Source of the DNA: Euprymna scolopes
Taxonomy: Eukaryota
DNA length: 64,000 nt
Direction: 5' to 3' (one strand)
Assembly (NCBI GenBank): GCA_053919585.1
Contig: CM132797.1
Part shown: positions 52,901 through 61,917 of the stretch, piece after piece
Layout: each line of letters begins with the position of its first letter
Position numbering within the stretch: the stretch's first letter is position 1
Program-made: the position numbers and the translations under genes
Notes under the pieces: model-generated
What the model was told of the DNA's origin: nothing
The model's database searches: none
The model's input: the letters and a program-made list of their open reading frames with translations, nothing else

Positions 52901-55900
52901 CTCTATCATTAAATCATTTCTCACTGATAGGCTCATAAGAGTAGTGGTTGATGAGCAGAAATCAGAGGCCAACAGTATTAATGCTGGAGTCCCTCAGGGG
53001 TCCATCCTGGGCCCAACTCTCTTCCTGATCTACATCAATGATCTCCCAAAATACATACTTAAATCATTCGTTGACATCTATGCTGATGACATGACCATCT
53101 ATGGCAACGCATCAAAGGCCGTAAATGACAAAGTTCTCTCTAATTCTCTTTCCTCTGATCTTGAGCACGTGGTACAGTGGGGGAAGATGTAGCTGGTCAC
53201 TTTTAATGCATCCAAAACCAAGCTTCTATCTTTACATCATCAACGCTCTGATCCTCATCTGGCATCAATTGAAATGGATGGCTCTCGTCTTGGGGAGGCT
53301 CCATGTTTTGATAAGCTTCTGGGTTTGACCTTACTCCTGATCTGAAATGGAACACGTACATCAAATCTGTTGCCAGGGATGCTGGGAAAATGGTGGGATC
53401 CTTCTACCGCTCCAGAAGATATCTCACTACTGATGCAATTCTCTATCTGTATAAAAGCCAAGTACGTCCAAGGATAGAGTACTGCTGCCACATCTGGGCA
53501 GCTGCTAAAAACAGCCTATTCTGACTTGACAGAGTACAAAATAGACTTTGTGGTTTAGTGGGGGATGCCCTTTTCTCTTCCCTGCAACCTCTCTCCCACA
53601 GAAGAGACGTTGCGAGCCTGTCTTTGTTTTATCGTTATTTCCATGGCAGGTGCTTGTCTGAGCTCCAATCCCTCGTCCCCTCCTCGCCAATTTTTCACGA
53701 GAAACACTCGTCTGGCTGAAACTACTGTCAATAATTTTCCCCACTCTTTATCTGTGCCTAAATCCAAACGTAGATTCCATGAGCAAAGCTTCTTTCTTAG
53801 AACTGCACGCCAGTGGAACTCTCTGCCGCTTGCCTGTTTCCTACCTGACTACAACTTGGACATCTTCAAGTCCAACATAAACAAACTCCTGACAAACCGC
53901 CCCCTTAAGTAAGACACTCTATCAAAACCCCCAATACTAATGATTACTACAATACTATCTCATTGATTACTGTACACGCAATAACCCTTATCCCTGAGTG
54001 GCCTTCGGGCCTTGATAAGTGGTGACCCCCCCCATGTAAAAAAAAAAAAAAAAGGTAATAGGCCTATAGCAAACCTCAGATAATGTGCTACAGTCTGTAT
54101 GCATTACATTTGCATGTAACGTCATGATTTTTAATCTTATTAATGTCAAAGTTGGAGGGGAAAAAATGAGTTTATTTTATTTATATAGATAGAAGATAGA
54201 TAGATAGATAGATAGAGAAGATAAAAGAAAAATCCAGGCAAATGAACAAGTAAGGGAGTTAATTCTGTATATATTCAAGTGAACTTAGCTGACTAAGGCA
54301 TTAGTATGACATTGTGATTGATATCACGAGTTTTATTTGAAATACTGTTACTTAACTTTGAAAGTCCATGAGTTAAGGAAAAATAATTTTTTGTTTTAAA
54401 TATTTGATGAATTAATAAACATTGTAATTTGCTTCATTTCTATTTTCATCATTCATTTTCTCGTGCGTGTTTGTATATTTTTGATAAAAGTTATCCATGG
54501 ATGTGCGGTTCTTGCTAACTAGCAATCATCATCAAGGTTTGATTTTGGTAAGGATTGAACCTAGAACTACATTGTCTGTAGTTTGGTGTTTCAACTGCTC
54601 CATTACTTCTAACTCTTGCTATAATTTTTAAAGGTTTTTCTTATTGATGTCATATTTTTAATAGAAGTTTTGAAAATTCTTTCTTTTAGTTTTTCTAATA
54701 TTTTTATTTTCATGTTTTTTTCAGTCCATTTCCAACGGTTGCGGAGGCCATTCAAGAAGAACTGGACTCGTATCGGGCACAAGAGGATGAAGTGAAGAAA
54801 CTAAAAGCAGCTATGGTAAACATCTTTTTAGTTTTACTTATGGATTATTAATTATTAACACCAAAAGCCACTTGAGGATGAGAGTTCATGAGATGGATGA
54901 ATTTGACAGTCGAAAGATGAAGGATATTAGGGGAGTATTAAAGATGATTAATGCAATAAACTGTTCGATTATGTGGAGAATTTATGACAAGAATTTGACA
55001 TTGACGATAACTGTTGTAGTTTGCAAGAAAGTAATCCTTCAGTGATGTGTTCGGCAGACAAGAAGCCCTTACAAAGACGCTTTGTTTATAGAGATTCCAC
55101 CTGAAGTGCATGAAGGAAGAAAGGAAAGATTTTTTTGTTGTTGTGGCAGGCAGACGAGTTCTTGCTTTGAATGTTTTACAAGGAGGAACCAGAGATTGGA
55201 GCTCAGTTGAGCACTTCCATGTAAATAGTGATAAAGTAGAAATGTTGTTTGTGGAAAAGGCAGTGCAAAGAACAAGAGATCATCTTCCAGTAGATTTTAA
55301 AGTCGATTTTGTACTGCAAGAAAGAGCACCTCTTCAGATGTAGCAGTAGTAGTGTAGTACTCTATCTTTGGCCATAGATGATTACATCAGGATTTTGGTA
55401 CGTCCTAGAATGATAGAATTATCCGACCATTTTTTTTCTTAGCAACTAATTAAATATGTCTTCCATTTTAGATCTAATGAGTCCTAAGAAAAAATTAACT
55501 TTTAAAAACGCATGGTTATTAAAAGTGAAATCAAGTTATAAAGCTTTAAAGATGTAAAGTCAAATGTTTACGATGTTATATTTTTTATATGCTTTGTTGC
55601 TTTTCTGATGTAAATAATTTTAATCCAACAGGGATTGGAAGGAGAGGATGATTCTGCCATTAGTATGTTATCTGATAACACTGCTAAACTCACTTCAGCT
55701 GTCAGGTAAAACCATTTTTCATCTGTCAAAATAAAAACTAAAAAAAATTATGATGTAATCTTTTTGAAGAATGCGACAAATTTTCATGTGAACGCACATG
55801 AGCAATTTTAAACGAAGACATTAACATTTGTAGTTACATTCCTGAACTGTTATTGATGTTGGACATTATTTACCGTTTTATATTTTTCTTGTATTATTTT

Positions 55901-58900
55901 TTAATTCATGTTAATTAAATTTTATTTGAAGATAAAACCAAAGAGAAAAATAATCTGTATATGAGAATGTGAGGACACTTCTCAACCTATATACTCAACA
56001 AATTTTTGATTTACAGACTTGAAATTTGGTATATAGGATATTCAGACATGTGGAAATCTTTTTAATCAGTTATCATCTGGAAAAAAGGGATCCTAAGGGA
56101 TCCAAATTGAAAAATTGATATGTGGCGGTGATCAAATTTTTATCTATTTGTTAACTGTTTCATGTATGCGCATGCATGAATCGTTTACATGGCAGATTCC
56201 TTATGTTAAGAATGAGTAAGTTTTAAAACGTTTTTTTTTAAAGATCGCGTCAAGCTGGCCTAATGGTTATCATACTTGATTTCCTGTCTTTGGGTTTTGG
56301 TTTCGATCTCAGTTCGAGTATTTTTTTTTTTATTTACAAGAAGTGAACTGTTTAGAAGAATAATACTCGCATGCACGTTTGGGATATGATGTATTTATTA
56401 TTTATTGTTTTTTTTACAAAAATTTTTGAATAAACAAAAAAAACATTGTCCCTAATTATCAAAACAGAAAGTTCTATTTTTCCAGCTGTGTGTGCTTTAA
56501 GTTCTCATTTTCAAATTACTTCATGTTCTGTAATTATTCAATTTATATTTAATTTAACTTTCAACATCTTGAATTGACTTTTCTCCATTTGAATTATACT
56601 TTTAATATCACAAGCAAACTGGAGTTATCTTCCATTTGCCTCTCCATGAGGGTGAAGTTAGCCTTAAAAAAACAAGTTTACAAATGAAACAAAATTTAAC
56701 TTTCTTTTTAATAAAGAAAACAATTCTGTGTCATTTTATTTTTTCTGTCTTCAATCAGGAAGGGAGAAATCCTTCCAGACTGAGGTAATTTTAATTTTTG
56801 TTCAAATACAGAGTGTCCAATTTTGGATGGAACAGAATTTCCCCTACCTTAAAAATCGACCATATAAATTTATAAAATAATACATTTTTTATTGAGAAAA
56901 AAAAAAAAAAAATTAGAAACCTTTTGCCTCACCACTTGGGCAGATTAGACACAAATTTTAGATGTTTTTTTTTATGTTTATGAAAATAAATATTAAAATG
57001 CAAAATTCCTCTCCAAAATTATATTAATTATACAGAATTGTAATTAGTTAAATATGAATGTAAGAATCAAAATTAAAAACGAGAATGAAACACTTCAAGT
57101 GTACACAACTGGGGGAAACAAAATTCGGGTTTGACAAATAAGGACAATGATTTGTTCATTAAAATATTTTGTTAAAAATTTTTAAAAAATCACACATTAA
57201 AAAACAGATACTTAGTATCCTACCATTTTTTTCTCAAAATCTTAAAAAATATTAAAAATCTTGCAATGAAAAAATAAAAAGAACTAAGGTTTTTTTTTTA
57301 TCCATTTGTTTATAGCATGCACATATTAACTATAAGAAACTGGTGTAGACCTGAAGTGCTTTTTTTTTTTATTTTGCTTAAAACCTAATTGATCCCATGC
57401 ATTTTGTTGGCACGTTAATTATAAGGAAATGGGATTAGCAAAATTAAAGATACTAAAACTCTGAATCTTTCCAAATCAAGTGTCTAAACTTTTCAGTTTA
57501 TTTGTTTACTAAATCAAAGTCTTCAAATAATATCCCTTAAAGGGTTGGTCCCTTAAGGACCTGGATGAATCTGAACCCTTCAATCAATAAAACCAAACAA
57601 ACCGGAACAATAGGCGTGAGGGATAAAAATAACAGATTCACTAGAAGCACGAATAAGATGTCATGAGAGATAATTATCAGTAGGAATAAATGACAAAAGA
57701 TAACAATAGGTCCACACAAAGCACAAATGGGAAATTATGAGATATGTCAACGCAAATTACACAAAAAACATTGTAGAAGAAGAAAAATTTCATCTAGTTA
57801 TTGACTCCTTTACATAGCAACTGTGATTACTTATTAGGAATCCCAACTATTTTTATTTATTTTTTTTACATCGAAGTATTCCTGGGTTCAGGCCAATTAC
57901 GCTTGTTTTGGGAAGATTATTGTTCTCTTCAATCGCAAGCACAACACACAAAGCTGTGTCGTTTTGTTTGACTGACACAATCATCGGTCCCGGATATGAC
58001 CTAAAACTATATCCGATGGTGAGGCCCCACCTTGCAGGCCTTAGGGAGTGTGGAGCCACTCATTAATTGCCATTGCTCCCAGGTCCACTCTGACCCGGAG
58101 TGGTAGTACCTGTTAGGGTCCCAACTATGGGTTAAAGAGAATCTGCCCCCCCCCCAATATATACGCCATTAAAAAGCGTTCCTCAAAATAACTAGATTCG
58201 GCATTAAATAACCTGAAAAAGGTTGATATGCCGTAAAACAAAAACAACCAACTAACCGACACAGCCATCACCATCTGAAGCAATGGACAATTCATATAAT
58301 AGAGAAACACATGCCAAACACACGTATCAACAAATAAATAAATCCTAATTTTAATGACAGATGAGTTACTTCCCTTGAATCAATATACCAGAAGTGCAGA
58401 CATGCTTACTGTTCAGTGAATCAATAAATGTCTATGGAGATTATAGGAAAAATTATCAAATGTTAATATTTATGCATTTACTGCTCGATTTACTTCACAC
58501 TCTGAGCACTCAACATGTCTGCCTTAAATTCTCTCTACTTCCTATTTCTTCATTCAAGGGAAATAATTCTTCTGACAAAACCATCTCCTTCTCATATCAC
58601 GTATGCTGTACATGTTTTAACAGCTAAGACTGATAACTACTACGGAGAATTTTTTTACCATCAGATGAAGAGGTTCTTGATGAAATCTCAAGAAGAACCC
58701 GGGCAAAGTGTGCAATGCAAACAAAAATGAATGGTTTGGATGGAAGATTATGAAACCAATTATTGATGTTGAAGATTAAGGATGTGCGTGGAAAAATGCC
58801 TTGTTGCTAAGTAAAAAGAATGCTGAAGGAACTTACCTAAAATTTTTGGATGAGTTTGTGTAGCATATAAGGTCCAATTACAGGCAAAAGGGAAAAGTAA

Positions 58901-59005
58901 AATGGTGTCTGTACCTGGTGGGTCTCGCAAAGTAACATGAAATCTAATAAAATTGTGTCAGTTTGAATAACAAGGCGAATTTCAGAGTAGTGAGTTTTGA
59001 TTACA

Positions 59006-59045
<40 letters not shown>

Positions 59046-59447
59046 TCTTGGTACAGCAAAATGGAAGGAGAAATTTCAGAGGAAACATAATTTAATTTAA
59101 ATACCAAAAAAACAAAAAATCGTTTGTCTACCTAGCCTGTGTAGACAAAAGATTTTGAAATATCAGTTGGAGATATTTATTGATTTAAAACCACCTGAAC
59201 AGTGAGATTTTTTTTTTTTTTTTTCTCACTGGTCTTCCAACTGAAACCAAATTTCCTTCTTTCCTCATTCGTTTCTTAGTTTTTAATTAATCATTCTGAC
59301 GTTTCCTCTTAGAGGGTCAGACGATAAGGCCTTAAGGAAATTTTAATAATTTCACCTGCCCGTTTTTTTTTGTTTTTTTTTTGGTATTTAAATTAAATTA
59401 TGTTTCCTCTGAAATTTCTCCTTCCATTTTGCTGTACCAAGAATTTA

Positions 59448-59516
<69 letters not shown>

Positions 59517-61589
59517 TACAGAGATGTGATGATTTTAACAACCAAACCACAATGACTACAGAAAGGAAACAAAGAAAGTATGATAATGCCAACCAGAAAT
59601 ACAAGAGAAAACTACTTAACTAACATTAGTAACAACAAAACAAACAGAATTATATTTTTATGATAGAAAAACATCCAAAGATTACAAAACATTTTTTTCT
59701 CAGAGAAAAAAAAAAGTTTGGATAAAAAAATTCAAACAGAAATAAAGACTCTGACCCAAAATACAAAACCATTTCTCTAATTGAAGTCCAACTGACCAAA
59801 AAAATATTTAAAATGATGCGTTTTATTTTGTTTCAGTTCTTTGCCTGAACTTTTGGAAAAGAAGCGCCTTATTGATATGCATACCAATATTGCCACGGCT
59901 TTACTTGAGCATATTAAGGTATATCAATTTAAAACCAGTTTCTTTTATATTTTTTGCTAAATTGTCACCAAAAAATGTAGTTGTTAATATCGCACTTACC
60001 AACCATTGTTGTAGATTTATTCTTTTTAATTTTATTACATTCCGTGTTCTGAAGGCTTTTCATGCCAAATATAGTGCCATTCTACTCAGTAGTTTGGTTA
60101 GAGCCCATAGTATTTTTGATAATGATCTATATTTGTTTAATTTCATGTAACTTTTGGTGCTTGTTCAGAATTCACCCTCATCAAAAAAAGAAAACAAATT
60201 AAAAAAGAAAACATAAATGATGCATGCATCAGTAATGGAAAGAAAATATTATATACTAAATAACATGTAAATTGCTCAAGTAGTTTTCTTTTTAAATTAA
60301 AAAAAGTCAAATTTTATGGCTAAGCTATGAGTAACAATCTTGCAATGCCATCTTGAAAACAAGAAACAAGGGAAATAACTTCAAATTGTAATTTTAGACC
60401 ACAGCCACTGTTGAACTCAGAAGTTGTTTTCTTCTTACAAAAATACTTGACAAATTTTTTTTTTTTTTTACACAATGATCACCACTTATCAAGGCCCGGA
60501 AGCCACTCAGGGATAAGGGTTATTGCGAGTACATTACGTTAGTGTGGAGATTTGATGAAGTGTTTGATTAAAGGGGCAGTTCATTAGGAATTTGTTAACA
60601 TTGGACTTGAACACATCCAAGTTGTAGTCCGGAGGGAAGCAGGCAGACGGAACAGAGTTCCGCAGGCGTGCAGTTCTAAGAAAGAAGCTTTGTTCATGGA
60701 ATCCGCGTTTTGATTTAGGCACAGATATAGAGTGGGGGAAATTTTTCACAGTGGATTCAGCTAGACGGGTGTTTTTCGTGAAAGATTGGCGAGGGGGGAC
60801 CAGAGATTGGAGTTCAGACGAGCACCTGCCATGGAAATAACGATAAAAAAGTATAGGCTCGCAACGTCTCTTCTGTGGGAGAGAGATTGCAGGGTAGAGA
60901 AAAGGGCATCCCCCACTAAGCCACGAAGTCTATTTTGTACTCTGTCAAGGCAGGATAAGCTGTTTTTAGCAGCTCCTGCCCAGATATGGCAACAGTATTC
61001 CATCCTTGGACGTACTTGGCTTTTATATAGATAGAGAATTGCATCAGTAGTGAGATATCTTCTGGAACGGTAGAAGGATCCCACCATCTTTCCAGCGACC
61101 TTGGCAACAGACTTGATGTACATGTTTAATTTGTACTACTAAAAAGACTAGAAACAAATTTAAGTGAGTAAATATAAGGAGAAAACAATTTCAACTTAAC
61201 AAGATGGTTTTAACAACTGATAAAGTACTGATCAAAGTAAAAAGACACCTGGGCAATGCCGGATGAGTGAAGTTGTTACATACTCAGCCTTGTATTTGAA
61301 CACATAGCAATCAAGTTGCTGTAATCATTACTGACACATTGACTTTTATAATGGTTATTCATACATTGTTTTGCTGTTCTTTTTTTTTGTTTTGTTTTTT
61401 ATGATCCTTTCAGGCAGATGAAATGCTGGTTTTGTTATTAAATTTTTTGATTATTTATACATTTTACAAAGACAGAATTGACAAGAAAGGGAATCATTTG
61501 TTCAACAAATATATTTTTTCATGTTACAGGAAAGAAAATTAGATGTTTATTTTGAAACTGAAGAGAAATTGATGAGCAAATCTGTTACG
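6494..61589 (+). CDS. SCFD1: Sec1 family domain-containing protein 1 (Sly1 orthologue); 14 coding exons in window, 3'-incomplete
   Basis: Exons splice in frame (1269 nt, 423 aa) with GT-AG introns: [20 protein letters not shown]...[18 protein letters not shown]...[13 protein letters not shown]...HHTWTYQAL...[40 protein letters not shown]. This is collinear with animal SCFD1/Sly1 as I recall it. Confidence 0.96.
7330..7890. mobile_element. Palindromic (foldback) MITE-like element
   Basis: Matching inverted blocks: gaggcaagctaaggaagaacgataacta / tagttatcgttattccttagctagcctc and ataagcatgttaagtta / taacttaacatgcttat. Ends not resolved. Confidence 0.65.
8697..8738 (+). ncRNA. Minimal type-I hammerhead ribozyme motif
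   Basis: cac-CTGAAGA-a-[stem II]-GAA-ACGT-T-gtg: conserved core, stem I cac/gtg, palindromic ACGU stem III. Confidence 0.6.
8752..9030. mobile_element. Solo-LTR-like insertion (TG...CA) with 5-bp TSD ACTAT
   Basis: actat|tgttaag...ttttaca|actat; the host repeat is continuous once it is removed. Confidence 0.7.
9242..9610. mobile_element. hAT (Charlie-like) MITE
   Basis: TIRs CAGG(A/G)TTTCCCAA; 8-bp TSD TCTTAGAA at 9234-9241 and 9611-9618. Confidence 0.85.
9745..10325 (-). mobile_element. CR1 LINE 3' fragment, subfamily A, poly(A) tail
   Basis: ORF 9884..10324 [11 protein letters not shown]...[12 protein letters not shown]...FKSNVNK; poly(T) on the + strand at 9745. Confidence 0.9.
10330..10770 (+). 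mobile_element. RTE (BovB-like) LINE RT C-terminal remnant
   Basis: [15 protein letters not shown] and [17 protein letters not shown] fragments. Confidence 0.6.
10780..10982 (+). mobile_element. CR1 RT fragment
   Basis: [10 protein letters not shown]...IFADDPTIY; homologous to 53015-53215. Confidence 0.8.
12475..12925 (-). mobile_element. RTE-type LINE 3' remnant
   Basis: Shares its end motif (catcat...gtttaacgtcc...tgtgttggacagcttt..agaaattgac) with copies near 27200, 32520, 42960 and 46260. Confidence 0.6.
13010..13420. mobile_element. Degenerate foldback hammerhead-type repeat (second subfamily)
   Basis: 13010-13140 is inverted relative to 13305-13420; matches copies at 30900-31075 and 33735-33835. 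Confidence 0.55.
13605..14255 (-). mobile_element. CR1 LINE 3' fragment, subfamily B
   Basis: ORF 13687..14316 [26 protein letters not shown]...[14 protein letters not shown]...[10 protein letters not shown]; close to 62180-62866. Confidence 0.92.
14640..15990 (+). mobile_element. Decayed CR1 LINE with internal deletion (endonuclease remnant plus 3' end), subfamily A
   Basis: NIFGDFNVH (APE motif), then [14 protein letters not shown]...MEYCCHI, and an A-rich tail near 15985. Confidence 0.8.
17897..19188 (+). mobile_element. Full-length mariner transposon (irritans-like), 1292 bp
   Basis: About 36-bp imperfect TIRs (YGAGGGGYGTGCAATAAGTAAT...CTGACCCACTTCC) and TA TSDs at 17895-17896 and 19189-19190. 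Confidence 0.95.
18064..19115 (+). pseudogene. Mariner transposase pseudogene
   Basis: HTH ORF 18064.., WIPRLL, TQDE, QDNA and [13 protein letters not shown] motifs. Frameshift near the poly-C at about 18250 and a premature TGA at 19065 before WEKCI...YVEKD*. Confidence 0.92.
20220..20583. mobile_element. Foldback Penelope-like element with hammerhead motifs and a 12-bp TSD
   Basis: About 105-bp inverted arms (20221-20325 / 20433-20535), a short unpaired tail, and TSD ATACCATTTATT at 20208-20219 and 20584-20595. Confidence 0.8.
20278..20319 (-). ncRNA. Minimal type-I hammerhead ribozyme motif
   Basis: Minus strand: cac-CTGACGA-a-GGCCAG aggaatag TTGGCT-GAA-ACGT-T-gta. Confidence 0.62.
20810..21065 (-). 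mobile_element. CR1 3' fragment, subfamily B
   Basis: Same 3' UTR (ggctacta, cacccc.aacaaggca) as the 13605 copy. Confidence 0.75.
21170..21450 (-). mobile_element. 5S rRNA-derived SINE-like copy (head about 21342-21450)
   Basis: Plus strand cccaaatggtcacccatctggtactgaccaggctcaacattgctta is the reverse complement of a diverged 5S. Confidence 0.7.
21470..21830 (-). mobile_element. CR1 3' fragment, subfamily A
   Basis: ORF 21655..21849 ...[23 protein letters not shown]; poly(T) at about 21470. Confidence 0.85.
22494..22904 (+). mobile_element. Non-autonomous Helitron
   Basis: A|TCTATAT 5' end, (GT)n, subterminal hairpin CCCGGGCAACGCTGGG, CTAG|T 3' end. Confidence 0.8.
23215..23457 (-). mobile_element. 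Helitron 5' fragment (same family as 55953-56185 on +)
   Basis: Shared gaggac.cttctcaacctatatactcaac...acagacttga.atttggtatatag. Confidence 0.6.
24198..24268 (+). CDS. SCFD1: SCFD1 exon 2 ([24 protein letters not shown])
   Basis: tttctag| acceptor, AAG|gtaagt donor, 71 nt. Confidence 0.95.
24870..25755 (-). mobile_element. L1/Tx1-clade LINE RT remnant
   Basis: [32 protein letters not shown] and [12 protein letters not shown] fragments on the minus strand. Confidence 0.8.
26277..26365 (+). CDS. SCFD1: SCFD1 exon 3 ([29 protein letters not shown])
   Basis: tttcag| acceptor, |gtaagt donor, 89 nt; conserved SM-family motif. Confidence 0.97.
28018..28108 (+). CDS. SCFD1: SCFD1 exon 4 ([30 protein letters not shown])
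   Basis: aacag| acceptor, |gtgagt donor, 91 nt. Confidence 0.97.
28258..28510 (-). mobile_element. 5S rRNA-derived SINE-like copy with a (TGGA)n tail
   Basis: 5S-like head about 28398-28510; the body ends in (CATC)n on the + strand. Confidence 0.7.
29002..29454. mobile_element. MITE with GGTAC termini and an 8-bp TSD (Merlin-like)
   Basis: About 67-bp TIRs; TSD AAAATGAA at 28994-29001 and 29455-29462. Confidence 0.8.
29640..30021 (-). mobile_element. Possible solo LTR with internal approximately 75-bp repeats
   Basis: TGTTA...TAACA termini; TATA- and AATAAA-like motifs on the minus strand; no TSD found. Confidence 0.4.
30900..31075 (+). mobile_element. Hammerhead-type Penelope-like repeat copy
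   Basis: tacac-CTGAAGG...AAACATT-gtgta followed by the family tail gatgagaacagtagtc. Confidence 0.55.
31772..31894 (+). CDS. SCFD1: SCFD1 exon 5 ([41 protein letters not shown])
   Basis: ttccag| acceptor, AAG|gtcagt donor, 123 nt. Confidence 0.96.
32690..33620. repeat. Unclassified repeat with about 2.5 tandem units of roughly 330 bp
   Basis: aaaagaggt.aaaaatg.cccaaaatg recurs near 32850, 33183 and 33509. Confidence 0.65.
33935..38300. repeat. 27-bp tandem satellite array (roughly 160 units), monomer GATCTCGATATTTGTTGTTAATCTT(A/C)T, with 26- and 28-bp variants
   Basis: Seen directly; fills most of SCFD1 intron 5. Confidence 0.98.
38398..38485 (+). CDS. SCFD1: SCFD1 exon 6 ([29 protein letters not shown])
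   Basis: ttttag| acceptor, G|gtaatc donor, 88 nt. Confidence 0.96.
38708..38797 (+). CDS. SCFD1: SCFD1 exon 7 ([30 protein letters not shown])
   Basis: ttccag| acceptor, G|gtaagt donor, 90 nt. Confidence 0.95.
40637..40778 (+). CDS. SCFD1: SCFD1 exon 8 ([47 protein letters not shown])
   Basis: tttcag| acceptor, AG|gtaaat donor, 142 nt; lies within ORF-track 40591..40782. Confidence 0.97.
41495..42050 (-). mobile_element. CR1 3' fragment, subfamily A, poly(A) tail
   Basis: ORF 41643..42077; close paralogue of 9745-10325. Confidence 0.9.
42960..43640 (-). mobile_element. RTE-type LINE remnant containing a MITE
   Basis: (CAT)n tail plus the family end motif; homologous to 12475-12925. Confidence 0.6.
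43332..43506. mobile_element. Small MITE (about 55-bp TIRs, probable TA TSD)
   Basis: ggctgtgacaacag.atattcttttcatt / aatgaaaagaatattctgttgtcacagcc. Confidence 0.7.
43896..43995 (+). CDS. SCFD1: SCFD1 exon 9 ([34 protein letters not shown])
   Basis: tttag| acceptor, |gtaatt donor, 100 nt; hallmark Sec1/Munc18 DR..D...HxWTYQAL motif. Confidence 0.97.
46102..46238 (+). CDS. SCFD1: SCFD1 exon 10 ([45 protein letters not shown])
   Basis: aacag| acceptor, AG|gtaaga donor, 137 nt. Confidence 0.94.
48330..50092. repeat. AT-rich minisatellite (about 32-bp unit grading into an about 23-bp unit)
   Basis: atatttatctatatttacacacgtataaaa changes to aaaaatatatttacatacatat. Confidence 0.93.
51004..54195 (-). 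mobile_element. Non-autonomous Helitron apparently split by a CR1 insertion
   Basis: 3' hairpin CAGGGCAACACCGGG plus CTAG at 51004 (minus); a TCTATCTATATAAATAAAA 5'-type end near 54190. Confidence 0.5.
51730..54053 (+). mobile_element. 5'-truncated CR1 (Zenon-like) LINE, subfamily A, with RT domain; longest well-preserved copy
   Basis: ORF pieces 51730..52617 ([16 protein letters not shown]), 52632..53192 ([31 protein letters not shown]) and 53565..53912; poly(A) at 54038-54053; frameshifted. Confidence 0.95.
54725..54815 (+). CDS. SCFD1: SCFD1 exon 11 ([31 protein letters not shown])
   Basis: tttcag| acceptor, ATG|gtaaac donor, 91 nt. Confidence 0.96.
54850..55480 (-). mobile_element. Highly decayed CR1 3' fragment
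   Basis: LYHYLHG...KASL remnants homologous to the other copies. Confidence 0.55.
55632..55705 (+). CDS. SCFD1: SCFD1 exon 12 ([24 protein letters not shown])
   Basis: aacag| acceptor, AG|gtaaa donor, 74 nt. Confidence 0.96.
57985..58260 (+). repeat. SINE-like dispersed repeat plus a ggcatatcaacc-type repeat
   Basis: ctcccaggtccactctgacccggagtggtagtacctgttagggtccc resembles an abundant octopod repeat as I recall it; 58185-58255 matches 11600-11665 in this window. Confidence 0.45.
59041..59447. mobile_element. Foldback/MITE-like element with near-perfect approximately 70-bp inverted ends, embedded in (TA)n
   Basis: taaattcttggtacagcaaaatggaaggagaaatttcagagg... and its reverse complement; (TA)n on both sides. 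Confidence 0.75.
59837..59918 (+). CDS. SCFD1: SCFD1 exon 13 ([28 protein letters not shown])
   Basis: tttcag| acceptor, AAG|gtatat donor, 82 nt. Confidence 0.96.
60455..61125 (-). mobile_element. CR1 3' fragment, subfamily A
   Basis: ORFs 60761..61123 and 60534..60749; similar to 53355-54053 in the opposite orientation. Confidence 0.92.
61530..61589 (+). CDS. SCFD1: SCFD1 exon 14 ([20 protein letters not shown])
   Basis: ttacag| acceptor, |gtaatt donor, 60 nt; the next exon lies beyond the window. Confidence 0.94.
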
Positions 61590-61917
61590 GTAATTTTTAT
61601 TTTTATTATTTATTAAAAAAACATTTTTTTTTCTTATAAGTCATTATTTATTAAGGTCCAAAGGCCCCTCGAGAATAAGGGTTAGTGAGTTTGTCAGATG
61701 AACAGTGAGACAACATTGTAGGTATTGTTATCTGATTTCACACAGATTTTGCTTGAAGAAAGTTTGGAAGTGAATTTCTAAAAACCATCGAACACACGCC
61801 AACATTTATCTGAATATGAGACAATGGTGATTAGAAAAATAAAATATTCGAATCGATAATAGTTATATATTGGAACATGTAATCAATTTTTTAACCAATA
61901 AAATTTTGATGACTAGT

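Noticed and set aside
51730-53192. Active reverse transcriptase gene
   Set aside because: 5'-truncated (no endonuclease domain or ORF start), with frameshifts and stops.
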